Assembly (NCBI GenBank): GCA_950097015.1
Contig: CATNEN010000039.1
Location: 10,664,001-10,728,000, forward strand
DNA length: 64,000 nucleotides
DNA from: Macrostomum hystrix
Taxonomy: Eukaryota; Animalia; Platyhelminthes
Reading direction: 5' to 3'
This document shows positions 23,101 through 34,362 of the stretch, piece by piece. Position numbers and translations under genes: made by a program. Under the pieces are notes generated by a model. The model saw nothing but the letters and a program-made list of their open reading frames with translations, did not search any database and was not told the DNA's origin. Positions within the stretch are counted from its first letter, which is position 1. Each line of letters starts with the position of its first letter.

Positions 23101-25950
23101 TTAATCCTATTTTATAGCGTTAATTGTGTGTCTCTATTGTTTTTCTTACGCTTAAATATACCTCACGGTCAAAAGTCCGAATGGCAAGTCTCTGGGCTAC
23201 AAGCCATCAGTACTGAGACAACGCCTAAGAGAATATGCATGATCAGGATTACCTGACTCAGCGTTGCCAGTGTTGAAGATCTCATTGCGCCACTCGCCGC
23301 CGCAAGTCTGATTCGGGTCGCCCAAGCACTGTCGATAGCAGTCAGCGTCCTGAGCCTTTCCGTACCGGCCGTACTTATTGCCGCAGGTGCACCAGTCACC
23401 GGCCTGTAGACCAGCGTACTTGTATCCCCTGGCTTTGCAGTAGTTGATGCAGAAGTTCCTCTCTGTTCGCTTGCCGGAATGGAATGCGTGCGACATGTCT
23501 CTGCTCGACTTGTCCACGTAGCAACCAATGCGGTTGGTGAGTAGTCCTGTTAGACAGTGGACAAGTTTATAAAATGTTCGCGTAAAAATTGTATAATGTA
23601 TTGTATTAGATATATTTAATCAATAGCAAGAGCGTATTGTAGACTTAGTCTTTAGCGTATTGAAATTATTAATCGGGAGTGCTTACTCGATCCGCTAGCG
23701 CCAGTGGTGAAAACCTCATTTCTCCAGGTTCCACCGCAGGTGTGGCTTCTGTCGCCGACGCAGCTCACATTGCAGTCAGAGTCGCTTGCCTTTCTGTATC
23801 GGCCGTACGAGTTTCCGCAGAAGCACCAGTCACCAGCCTGGAGCCCAGCGTACTTGTAGCCTCTGGCTCTGCAGAATTTGACGCAGAACTGCTTCGTGTT
23901 GTGGCTTCCGGCATGAAGAGCGATCGGCAGATCTCGCCCGCTGCCACTGTCCTTGTAGCAGCCCTGTCTGATACCATCTGACAAAGGTATGGTTGACAAG
24001 GCAATTCGTTTCTCTCAGTAAACTAAACTGCATGAGTGAGATGGACCGATATGAATGAAACATAGCCAGTACGGCAGATGCGTCTGTGAGCAGATGTTCA
24101 GTCTGTGAAGTCTACCACAGTTACACAGGCGATGCTTAATCCTATTTTATAGCGTTAATTGTGTGTCTCTATTGTTTTTCTTACGCTTAAATATACCTCA
24201 CGGTCAAAAGTCCGAATGGCAAGTCTCTGGGCTACAAGCCATCAGTACTGAGACAACGCCTAAGAGAATATGCATGATCAGGATTACCTGACTCAGCGTT
24301 GCCAGTGTTGAAGATCTCATTGCGCCACTCGCCGCCGCAAGTCTGATTCGGGTCGCCCAAGCACTGTCGATAGCAGTCAGCGTCCTGAGCCTTTCCGTAC
24401 CGGCCGTACTTATTGCCGCAGGTGCACCAGTCACCGGCCTGTAGACCAGCGTACTTGTATCCCCTGGCTTTGCAGTAGTTGATGCAGAAGTTCCTCTCTG
24501 TTCGCTTGCCGGAATGGAATGCGTGCGACATGTCTCTGCTCGACTTGTCCACGTAGCAACCAATGCGGTTGGTGAGTAGTCCTGTTTGACAGTGGACAAG
24601 TTTATATAATGTTCGACAAGTTTATAAAATGTTCGACATGTTTATAAAATGTTCGACAAGTTTATAAAATGTTCGACATGTTTATAAAATGTTCGACAAG
24701 TTTATAAAATGTTCGACAAGTTTATAAAATGTTCGACAAGTTTATAAAATGTTCGACAAGTTTATAAAATGTTCGACAAGTTTATAAAATGTTCGACAAG
24801 TTTATAAAATGTTCGACAAGTTTATAAAATGTTCGACAAGTTTATAAAATGTTCGCGTTAAAATTGTTTAATTTATCGTATTATGTATATTTAATCAATA
24901 GCAAGAGCGTATTGTAGACTTAGTATTTAGCGTATTGAAATTATTACTCGGGAGTGCTTACTCGATCCGCTAGCGCCAGTGGTGAAAACCTCATTTCTCC
25001 AGGTTCCACCGCAGGTGTGGCTTCTGTCGCCGACGCAGCTCACATTGCAGTCAGAGTCGCTTGCCTTTCTGTATCGGCCGTACGAGTTTCCGCAGAAGCA
25101 CCAGTCACCAGCCTGGAGCCCAGCGTACTTGTAGCCTCTGGCTCTGCAGAATTTGACGCAGAACTGCTTCGTGTTGTGGCTTCCGGCATGAAGAGCGATT
25201 GGCAGATCTCGCCCGCTGCCACTGTCCTCGTAGCAGCCGATTCGGATTCCGTCTGTAATGCATTCATGTTCAGGCATAGCAACTCGCATTTTCGTCCGAC
25301 TATGCTACTAAGGTTCCGGAGCTCGAATCCGCTCGGGTACCATGGTGAAGCTCGTGAGGAGAGACTGCTTTGAGGGCTGTCGTTTAATTCTGGCCGTTGA
25401 GGTCCAACCCAGTAAGAGTGTCTCTGCTCGACGACGACAAAGTCAGGGCAGATGTAAGTCTATTCTAATGGTTGAAGACAAGCGATTGAAAGTGAGTCAT
25501 CCAACAGTAGCCGACAGCTTACCAGTAGCCTGGATGTCCGTTGTGAAGATCTCGTTTCTCCAGCCGCCGCCGCATGTCTGGCTTCTGTCGCCGTGGCATC
25601 TACTGCGGCAGTCGGAGTCGCGCGCCCTACCATAGCGGCCGTACGAGTTGCCGCAGAAGCACCAGTCTCCAGCTTGCAGGCCGAAAAACCTGTAGCCTCT
25701 GGACTTGCAGTAGTTCAAGCAGAAGTTCCTATTCGTTCTGCCCCTGGAGTGGATCACGTGCGACAGGTCGCGACCGTGGCCCCTGTCCACGAAGCAGCCA
25801 AGTCGGTACGACTCTGCATCGCAGTGGAAGCATTGAGTTATCAATCGGCTGCAAATATGAGGTATATGAGCAAGTCTCTAAAGTAATGCGAAACCTATAC
25901 TCACCAACATTAGCAACGATAGTAACAAGTACTACTGCCAGTAGCAGCAT
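17116..25950 (-). CDS. Secreted poly-WSC-domain protein, copy A: signal exon (25950-25905), 14 single-WSC exons (first 25813-25523; six X/Y pairs between about 25253 and 18313; 18175-17888), 75-nt linker exon (17529-17455), terminal WSC exon (17396-17116); 15 WSC domains
   Basis: Each exon of about 290 nt encodes GC(Y/F)xD...C...C...Y.YAGLQAGDWCxCGN...C...CxGD..QTCGG.WRN.IF, the WSC consensus. Signal peptide MLLLAVVLVTIVANVG; the junctions checked are phase-1 GT-AG; no TM or GPI-like tail seen; TATA-like CTATATAG at about 26030-26038. Confidence 0.88.
17611..17750. repeat. Small inverted-repeat element (MITE-like) in a WSC intron; also at about 36138-36277
   Basis: AAGTGAGAATTCATCAAATGGC ... 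GCCATTAAGTGAAATTCTCACTT form imperfect terminal inverted repeats about 140 bp apart. Confidence 0.45.
18621..24855. repeat. Six arrays of a 20-bp minisatellite (ACAAGTTTATAAAATGTTCG) in homologous WSC introns: 7, 22, 8, 7, 1 and 13 units
   Basis: Arrays at 18621-18760, 19776-20215, 21231-21390, 22406-22545, 23561-23580 and 24596-24855. Confidence 0.95.
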
Positions 25951-27197
25951 GGTCGCTCTCGATGAGAATCCAACGAATTTTAAAACCGAGCGGACGTTCC
26001 TGACGCTGCCATGCAACTACCGCAAGGTGCTATATAGATCTACTCGGGCCCACTCAGTTCGATTCTCCCGCTACGGGGAGGTGGGTTGGCTCCTCTCCGG
26101 TGTCGCCTCGCAGCTGTGATCTTGGCAGGATGACAGACGCCTTGACCATCGCGGTGGCCAAGAGAGGCTCCGTGAGCAAAACCCCGGCCTTACAAACAGA
26201 GCTCGCTTTGCGAAAGCTCTTCCATGTAATGAGCAGCAGGACAGCGTGCGTTTCGCGAGCTTGTTATCTGAAGAGGGCGACTTCGAGAAATTACTTTTTC
26301 CAAAAATTAATCGAAGAATGACTGTAATTTTTTTGCTTTTTATTCTTACATCAATCTAGAAATTTTGGCTTTGAAATTAATTAATGTCACAACGGCGAAT
26401 CAACACAAATTATTTTTCACGATGTAATTATTTTACTTCGGAATGATAAAAACAAAAAATATGCAACTGTTTTGTGACTATTCACACGTAGGTTTAGTCG
26501 CTAGCACGATTCTGGAATAATTTCAAGTTTTAAGTGCAATAATTTCATGATATTACATTTTAGATTAATTTTCCCTCTCGACTCGGGTTTGTATGTACGG
26601 GCTCGTAAAAGGATAGAGCAGTGTCACTGACCTAATACTATTTACTATACCAGGGATGGGACAAATATGAAATTTCAGACCGATTCAATTCGATTCGCAT
26701 TTGATGTGCAACCTATTCGAATGCCGAAAATTAACAAACTACCGACTTTTTGCAGGATGCCAGATTTCTTTTTTTTATTTGTCATCCATAAGGGATTTTT
26801 TTGTTTTTTAAAGATGTAAGCCCAGCCACATCCAACCAGAACTGTCTAACAAAAGAGAACAATATGCGGCACTAAGCCAGCCAATAGCAGAGCTCCGATT
26901 GACAAGCTCTGTGAGTAGCTTGGAGTTAGATTCATGCTATAATTAGACAGGTGCTAAGCCAGGTGCGAAATTCACTTGATCAAATAGCAAAGACAGATTA
27001 AATGGTGGGAACTGTACGAGGCAGGTACAAAAGCTGATTCTTATGAAAGAGGAATTTGCAGTTTGGAAAAGAGAGTATTGAAAGGAAGCAGGGCTGCTCC
27101 GTGGATTTGTGGTTTTGTGGTTTTGTGGTTTGTGGTTGGGGCACGTTGCACAGCAATTTTAACAAAGACTTCTTCCTTCCCCTGCTATAGTCTACAG

Positions 27198-28103
27198 CAG
27201 GGCAGGGGTAGGCAAACTACGGCCCGCGGGCCAGATGCGACCCTCGAAGCTCCCAAATCCGGCCCGTTGCCCCTTTTAACATATATAGTATCCGGTCTCA
27301 ACTCTCCCCTGTCTCATCTCTCCTGTGTCTCATCTCTCCTCCGTCTAATCTCTCCTGTGTCTAATCTCTCCTGTGTCTCATCTCTCCTGTGTCTCAACTC
27401 TCTGCTGTCTCATCTCTCCTGTGTCTCATCTCTCCTCCGTCTAATCTCTCCTGTGTCTAATCTCTCCTGTGTCTCATCTCTCCTGTGTCTCAACTCTCTG
27501 CTGTCTCATCTCTCCTGTGTCTCATCTCTCCTGTGTCTCATCTCTCCTGTGTCTCATCTCTCCTGTGTCTCATCTCTCCTCCGTCTAATCTCTCCTGTGT
27601 CTCATCTCTCCTGTGTCTGATCTGCCCCGTCTCATCTCTCCCCCGTCTCATCTCTCCCCCGTCTCATCTCTCCCCCGTCTCATCTCTCACAGTCTCATCT
27701 CTCCCCCGTCTCATCTCTCACAGTTTCATCTCTCCCCCGTCTCATCTCTCACAGTCTCATCTCTCCCCCGTCTCATCTATCACAGTCTCATCTCTCCCCC
27801 GTCTCATCTCTCACCGTCTCATCTCTCCCCCCGTCTCATCTCTCACAGTCTCATCTCTCCCCCGTCTCATCTCTCACAGTCTCATCTCTCCCCCCGTCTC
27901 ATCTCTCACAGTCTCATCTCTCACAGTCTCATCTCTCCTCCGTCTCATCTCTCAGTCTCATCTCTCCCCCGTCTCATCTCTCAGTCTCATCTCTCGTGTC
28001 TCACCTTTCCCCGTCTCATATTCCTACAGTCCATGCGGCCCTCTGTGGTCTTACGGATTCTTTCCGTGGCCCGCACGCACGCTAATAAGTTTGCCGACCC
28101 CTG
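27198..28103. mobile_element. Non-autonomous hAT (Charlie-like) MITE carrying an internal minisatellite
   Basis: TIRs CAGGGGTAGGCAAAC / GTTTGCCGACCCCTG, subterminal GGCCCGCGGGCC, 8-bp TSD GTCTACAG (27190-27197 and 28104-28111). Confidence 0.88.
27295..28020. repeat. About 15-16-bp pyrimidine-rich minisatellite (GTCTCATCTCTCCTGT / GTCTCATCTCTCCCCC)
   Basis: Tandem array inside the hAT MITE; the unit sequence shifts along the array. Confidence 0.9.
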
Positions 28104-28614
28104 GTCTACAGCTTAGCAGAGACTAATTTCTATGAAATTCGCTAAATCCTCATATGCCAGTTTGCTTACTTTGCTAGGGACCAGGTTTTAGCGAATTTGT
28201 TGTGGTTTCACACAAATTCTGTTCGTGTTGTGCTAGGACCTGCGAAATCACAAATATGGGAAACTTTTGGATTAGGAACGAGTAGTTAACAGGACCTTTG
28301 CTTTAATTAGTTGCTATGAAAATACAATACACAATAAGGAATTTAATTAGCTAAAATGTTTGCATTTTACCGATTCCGACTCGATCAGAATATTTTGACG
28401 ATTCGATTCTATTTACTAGTCTACATTTAGTCAGGTTCTCCGTTAACTAAGCGGGAATATTATCTTTTCTCGAACTTGAACACATGCTCCATATTCCACT
28501 CTAACCATGAAGTCTTCATTCGCTAGCAAATAAAGCGAAGCGTAAGCATCAAACGGTCAAACTGAAGAGGTCTTGGCAAAAATTTTGAAAACGAGATATA
28601 GTTGGTGGTCTAGA

Positions 28615-28635
28615 CAAAAACAACAACAACAACAA

Positions 28636-28679
<44 letters not shown>

Positions 28680-28680
28680 C
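28615..28680. repeat. (CAA)n microsatellite
   Basis: Direct reading. Confidence 0.9.
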
Positions 28681-29850
28681 GATAAGATCCGCCAGCTTTT
28701 TGTTTTCGGCTTGAAGTAAATATTTCTAAGCACAATCGATGAACGCTGACAAACGATGGCTAACCTACCGAACCGGATCTGCCGGAAGCATCTTAATTGA
28801 GATAGAAGGGAGAGATTGAGATAGAAGGGAGAGATTGAGATAGAAGGGAGAGATTGAGATAGAAGGGAGAGATTGAGATATTGAGGGTGATTAAAAATTG
28901 CCAATAATTCGAATTACAAACATTCTCGCTATTGTAAGAAAATAATTACATCGATAGAAAAACATGGCTCAATAGGAAAACTTTTCTAGCATATTTCCAT
29001 GATTCAGCAGTTTTTTGGGAACTTAGTTTTTTCAAAACAAGACAAGTCTGGCGGCCAGACAATACGCGACCAGTGCAGTTGCACTCACAAGGCTCCGACT
29101 CTGTCTAGTTGAGGTGGGTGGGTGCAACCCGCCAGCCGACTCCGGGGGGGGGTTTGCAAAGGCACGCCACTTTTTCGCACCTCTCAAAGCCCCTCTGTCT
29201 CGCGCCTTCCGCCTTAACAGTTGATCGTCTTTCTAACAGGAGTTCCAACAGAAGGTAGATGAGACTCCATTGACAATCAATGTTCTGTTATGCACTTGAC
29301 CAAATCGAATTAGCCAATTTTCAAGGCGCAATTATTATATGAGAGCACTTTCTTTGAACTAGTCAACAAGTTGAAGTTTTTGATAAGACGGATAATCTGG
29401 GTTTCTAAAAAACATGTTGGAAAACTTAGGCGCTATTAATCGTTTTGCTGTCAAAAAAGTCAAGCGCATAATAAATTACTTTAATTTAGGCGCTATCAAT
29501 TTCTAGTTGGCGTATTTATTTATATAATTATCATGATGAGATTTTCGCCTGTTAATCAAAGTTCATGCAGACGAACACTAATAGACCATTGCTGATACCA
29601 AAATTTGAATTTGACGCAAAAATTATGTTCTAGGGCTGTCTTTATCTTATGATTTTGACAAAAAAATCTAATCATTCTTAGAATCTGGTTTAAAAAATGT
29701 CAGAATATTTAAGATAATTATTTAACAATGTTTTTCTCAGTATATCTTATTCACTATTGTGGTAGCGATTTATGTAATGCACGAGCGGTCTATTAGGCTA
29801 CTGTATATGATTTCCCAGTGAGGTTAATTCTTGCTTCTATTTTACATTTA

Positions 29851-31405
29851 GCTTTTGTCAGGCTATCTCAGCCTATGGGCATTCAAACTCAGCCAGCCCA
29901 TCTTGTCACTGCGTTTTTTTTACTGAAGCTGCTAATTTTTACCATAGACATGCATTTTAAGACCATGCTATCTCAGCTTGGGACGAGAAATCTCAGCCAA
30001 CCTATAAGTTCTATGTTATTCTGTCTATAGTTTTGGTAAAATTTTTAAACAGTCTATTTACAAGAGAAAAGCAGGTTAACATGAAACAGAGTATGGGATG
30101 GGATATACAGAGCAAACTTTGAAAATCCAGAAACCAGAGACGATCAGTTAACAGGCTATTTCAGTTAAGTTGAAAGGTTACCTCCTGGTTGCATTGTGGG
30201 AAGCTCCGGTTGCAGTGAATTTCCCACCTGGCTACCTTCATTGGGGTCACAGCTTGCAAAGAGTCTCGGCCCACTCGCTCCAGCAGAAAAATGCGCCATT
30301 CCACGCAGGTGACTCCATCAGGTCGGCCACCAGCTTCTTCCTCCACCAGTGCGGGGTCAGCGAGCTACAGCTTGATCGAAGCCTTCACTGCACTATGAGC
30401 CATTTCACACGGGTTGAGAAACGGTGAGTAAGCGGGCAGCAGCTGAATTTCAAACTGATGGCGGTGCTGCTCCGGCACTGTCACACCGCGATGAAAGCTT
30501 GGACCATCGCAGACTATGACGACTCTGGCGTTGCCGATTTCCGGGATGACTGCTCCACGAGGACATTGATGAATTGTTGAAACCTCTCCTTTGTCTGGCC
30601 TCCTCTGAAAAACTCACTCTTCACCAACCCAAGTGAAGATGACACGGCCAGACAGATGGAAAGAATTGGACCCCTCTGTGTTAGGCAACGCTGTCTCACT
30701 GGCTGACCCCGTCGCGACCTTCCCTGTGATCTGCGCGTCCAGAGGTTGTACCCCGTCTCGTCTATATAGATTACCACCGTATCCAGTTGCAGTCCTGCCA
30801 TAAGTAGCGCATTACTCGCGTCGCTTCTCTATCACCGCGGGAGAGTTCGCGCTCAACCGAATGTCGCAGTTCTTAGTGGCAATCTTTAATGTTTACAGGG
30901 CTCCATCCAGCTCTGTCTATTGTCTTAATGGAGACCGTTAATTGTCTTAATTGTCTTAATGGATTTTCATTTAAGAGGCCGATCAGCACTTGGCGCATCT
31001 CATCGTCCAGCTTGCAAGAGCCAATCTTCCGGCCTCCGCGCTGAAGAGCATCAATCCGACATGTAGCTTCAAAAGTGGCGATGATGTGGCGAGCGGTTTT
31101 CAATTTGATGCCAAGAATTGTAGCGGCTAGACCATTATCCTGTCCTTCCGTCCACGCGGAGATCAAGCGTCTTCTATCAACGTTGCTGGTTGCCCTGATT
31201 TTGGCGGAACAACTTCAAATGTAAAAAAAACTATGGACAGAATAACATAGAACTTATATGTTGGCTGAGATTGTCCCAAGCTGAGATAGCATTGTCTTAA
31301 AATGCATGTCTATGGTAAAAATTAGCAGCTTCAGTAAAAAACCGCAGTGACGAGATGGGCTGGCTGAGTTTAAATGCCATTATGCTGAGATAGCCTGACA
31401 AAAGC
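29851..31405 (-). mobile_element. IS630-Tc1-mariner superfamily transposon, decayed, with TIRs of about 180 bp
   Basis: Long TIRs (29851-about 30034 and about 31227-31405) flanked by TA. Frameshifted transposase fragments: HTH (ILGIKLKTARHII...RGGRK), VIYIDETGYNLW, and VIVCDGPSFH...LLPAYSPFLNPCE. Confidence 0.88.
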
Positions 31406-31854
31406 TATATTATGCATGTTTGATGCGCATTCTAGGGTTAGAAAGTCCGAGGCTGCATTTGATGGTCACGAGGTGAGCAAAGCGAGCCGAGGACTATTAA
31501 GTGTGGCAGAGGACTTTTTGCCATAGAATCAACATTAAACTACCGTGCTCTTATATGAAATACGAATTGCTTATTTTTGTAGCTTTCTCTTGAGCCGCGC
31601 TGAATGCGGTGCAGCCATCGGGAGCACAGATTCTATATTATCTGTGATCGGGAGTGTCGGGGCACGACTGGGGCGTGGGCGAAGCCCCCACATTGGAACC
31701 ATAGACATAGTTCCATAAATTTAAGACAGTATTAGCTAGACGAAATCCGAACTCCTTTCTTTTGTAGCGGTATTGTTCTCTTAAACCACACCGCGATGGA
31801 AGAAGAATTTGATTGCGACAATTTTTTAATTTATTCGATCTAGCCCCTGCTGGC

Positions 31855-32509
31855 TTACAATTTTAGTATACTGAACTAGCAACTTCAGCCCCCTACCGTG
31901 GGAAAGGAAAAGTTTTTCGCGAATTCGCGGGGAATTAGTGGGGAAGTGCATTATAAAGACGTCGCTTCATCTCAGACAGGCAGTATCCCAGAATGAAGTA
32001 AATCTCGGATAAGCTGATTGCATGCTGGGGGGACATTAGTCGCCTGTTTTTGTAAAGTACGTACCACCTCGTCAAAGCGTCAAGGTCCAAATTATTCGTT
32101 GTTGGAAATTGGATCCATTGATGATGTGCTTAAAATTAGCAATTTTCTCACGGCTTAACAGCGAATTATATTTTCTACCAAATTCCTTCTGATCTCTCCC
32201 CCAATGTGGGAGTTAAGCGTTAGTATCTCTACTATTAGTAGGGCAGTAAGAACATGTCTAAAATAAACTCTTCTACACTATTTTACTTTGCTACCTCATT
32301 AGGGTCTTATTCATTATTCTAATTCAAATTTCTCATATGGAGTTACTCTCTACCAGGAGCAGATTTTTTTCGACAACACGCCAGTAAAATAATTCATAGG
32401 CAGACTATGAAGTCTGTGTTTTCGCTGGAGTGAACTAGATCTTCTGTTAACATCATCTCACTGATAATATTCTACAGCGAATTGCAAACACCAGCAGCAC
32501 TTGAACATC
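31855..32509. repeat. Segment of about 650 bp duplicated at about 50457-51101
   Basis: Near-identical sequence from TTACAATT.TAGTATACTGAACTAGC to GCACTTGAACAT at both loci. Confidence 0.9.
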
Positions 32510-33899
32510 TACATCTACAACCTTTGCTCTTCTTCACTTCGCCAATTTCGATATGGCGAGGAGTGAGTAAGTCAGTGCACTGCTGCAGGACCTAAGAATG
32601 AGGGCATGAGCCGTCAACAGGCGATTTCGCGGCACAGAACTAGCTGTGCATCGACAGGTGGATGGATTTCTAATGTAATGCTAATATAAGACTAATGAAA
32701 AAAACTACGAACTTCTAATGTACTCTCTCATTGGGAAGTTTTGGTCTTTCAGGCGACGCAACATGGAAGCCGAAGCCTTACCTGTCTCTGCATTATTTTG
32801 GCATAGTGATTAGGAGAAGAACATTGGTTGTTCCAATCTGGACACTCTCGACCTTTGGCTGGGCAATTTAGCTTTGCTGCATCGCTATAATTAAGAATCC
32901 CCATTTGTCATCCATGAAGTTCGCTTATAGATCCTGTTATGACCTTGACCTTGACCGTGACCATGACTTTGACATGATGGGTCAAGGTCATGTCAATTTG
33001 GATGTTCCCATCGCTAATCAAAGTGTGAATTCTGAATTTGACACTTACTTAAATCCCGGGACTTTTGATCCCGAGTTTCAAAAGCAACTCCCGGGTTCTG
33101 CACACACTTTAAAGTCCGCGCAGTCCTGATGTCCGGGCGTCAAAAAGAAACCAATGAATATTAAACCAATGAATAAATTATAAACATCAGATTTAATGTG
33201 GCAAAATCATGTTAGCTGTGTTGGTCATGTTAGTCCATTTCGGACATAAAATAGTCCATTCCATTTCGTTCGCAGAACGTGCATTGAAGTGCCAAGCCTA
33301 TATATACTAGCTCATTCGACACCAAATCGGACCGCTGCACCTGATACATGAATTCGAATAGGAAGTTCAGATTTTTGCAACAACTTAGCAATGAGATGAT
33401 TGGGCTGCACAAATATTCGTCCGTTTCTTGTGCTTTGGGCTTTCTGGTGCAGCTTTGGAGCGTTTGATGAAAGAGCCGCTCAAATTTCCGTCAGACCACG
33501 CAGTGGGGATTCAATGGCCTATTTTGCTGTTAGCAATTTGCAGCAATTCCGATGTCTTTTCTTTATCTTCCAGCCACCTGTGCCAATCGACGTCAGAGAG
33601 GCGGCACTGATCAGTATTTTATGGCGTACAATACATTCTTACCAGAAAACTATAGCAAAAACACGGGCATCTACCTATCGACTGTTTGAATACAGCGCTT
33701 TAAAAAGCTTTAAAAACAGATATAATTTTTTCCGTTTGTAAACCTCAGGATAATACAAATTAATGCCTAGATACGTCATTAAAACTATATTACTGCGAAT
33801 GGTAAGAAATACAACGATTTTTATTTGAGCCTTATTATTTTTCTCGAATTAAAGGGATTATAACTATGGGGGAGTTAAGGATGCAGTTGGGATTCGTGA

Positions 33900-34195
33900 A
33901 GACGAAGGGAGAACGAAGGGAAAAAGAGAGATGGAGGGAGATGGAGAGAGATGGGGAGAGACGGGCAGAGATGGAGAGATGGAGAGAGACGGAGAGAGGT
34001 GGAGAGAGGACGTAGGGAGATAGAGAGAGATGGAGAGAGACAGGGAGAGATGGAGAGAGATGGAGAGATGGAGAGAGGTGGAGAGAGACGGAGGGAGATG
34101 GAGAGAGACGGAGGGAGATGGAGAGAGACGGAGGGAGATTGAGAGAGACGGAGGGAGATGGAGAGAGGGGTGGGATGGAGGTTGGGGAGAGAATG
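33900..34195. repeat. Purine-rich GGAGAGAGAT-type tandem repeat (related tracts at about 40990-41225 and 46695-46755)
   Basis: Direct reading. Confidence 0.8.
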
Positions 34196-34362
34196 AGGTT
34201 TTTTAAAAATTGATACGGGGGAACTTTTACGAGAAAACTAAACCGGCAACTTTGCGGAAGCTGAGGATGCAGTTTATATGCATGTTGTCAATATCAAGAG
34301 CTCAATCTATACACAGATCTTTTCTTAGTCGCTTCAGCAACAGGAAAGAAATTTTCGTTTCA

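Larger units (their letters stand above)
26648..28408. mobile_element. Unclassified insertion flanked by a 10-bp direct repeat CTATTTACTA; absent from duplication unit B
   Basis: CTATTTACTA at 26638-26647 and 28409-28418. The homologous site in unit B (about 40675-40710) is empty. CGATTC-type repeats occur near both ends. Confidence 0.55.

Noticed and set aside
18621-24855. Regularly spaced repeats suggestive of a CRISPR array
   Set aside because: Head-to-tail repeats without unique spacers, inside eukaryotic introns; no cas genes.
25300-25350. GAGCTC/GGTACC/CCATGG cluster resembling a cloning polylinker or tRNA 3' end
   Set aside because: Present in both paralogous introns (also about 39345-39395), so not vector; too degenerate to call a tRNA.
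28557-28904. Poly-Cys ORF
   Set aside because: Translation of a (CAA)n microsatellite on the minus strand.
33230-33741. Short ORFs upstream of the HSF gene as a separate gene or HSF first exon
   Set aside because: No recognisable motif; the ATG-initiated frame ending at the GT donor near 33802 is out of frame with the HSF exon.
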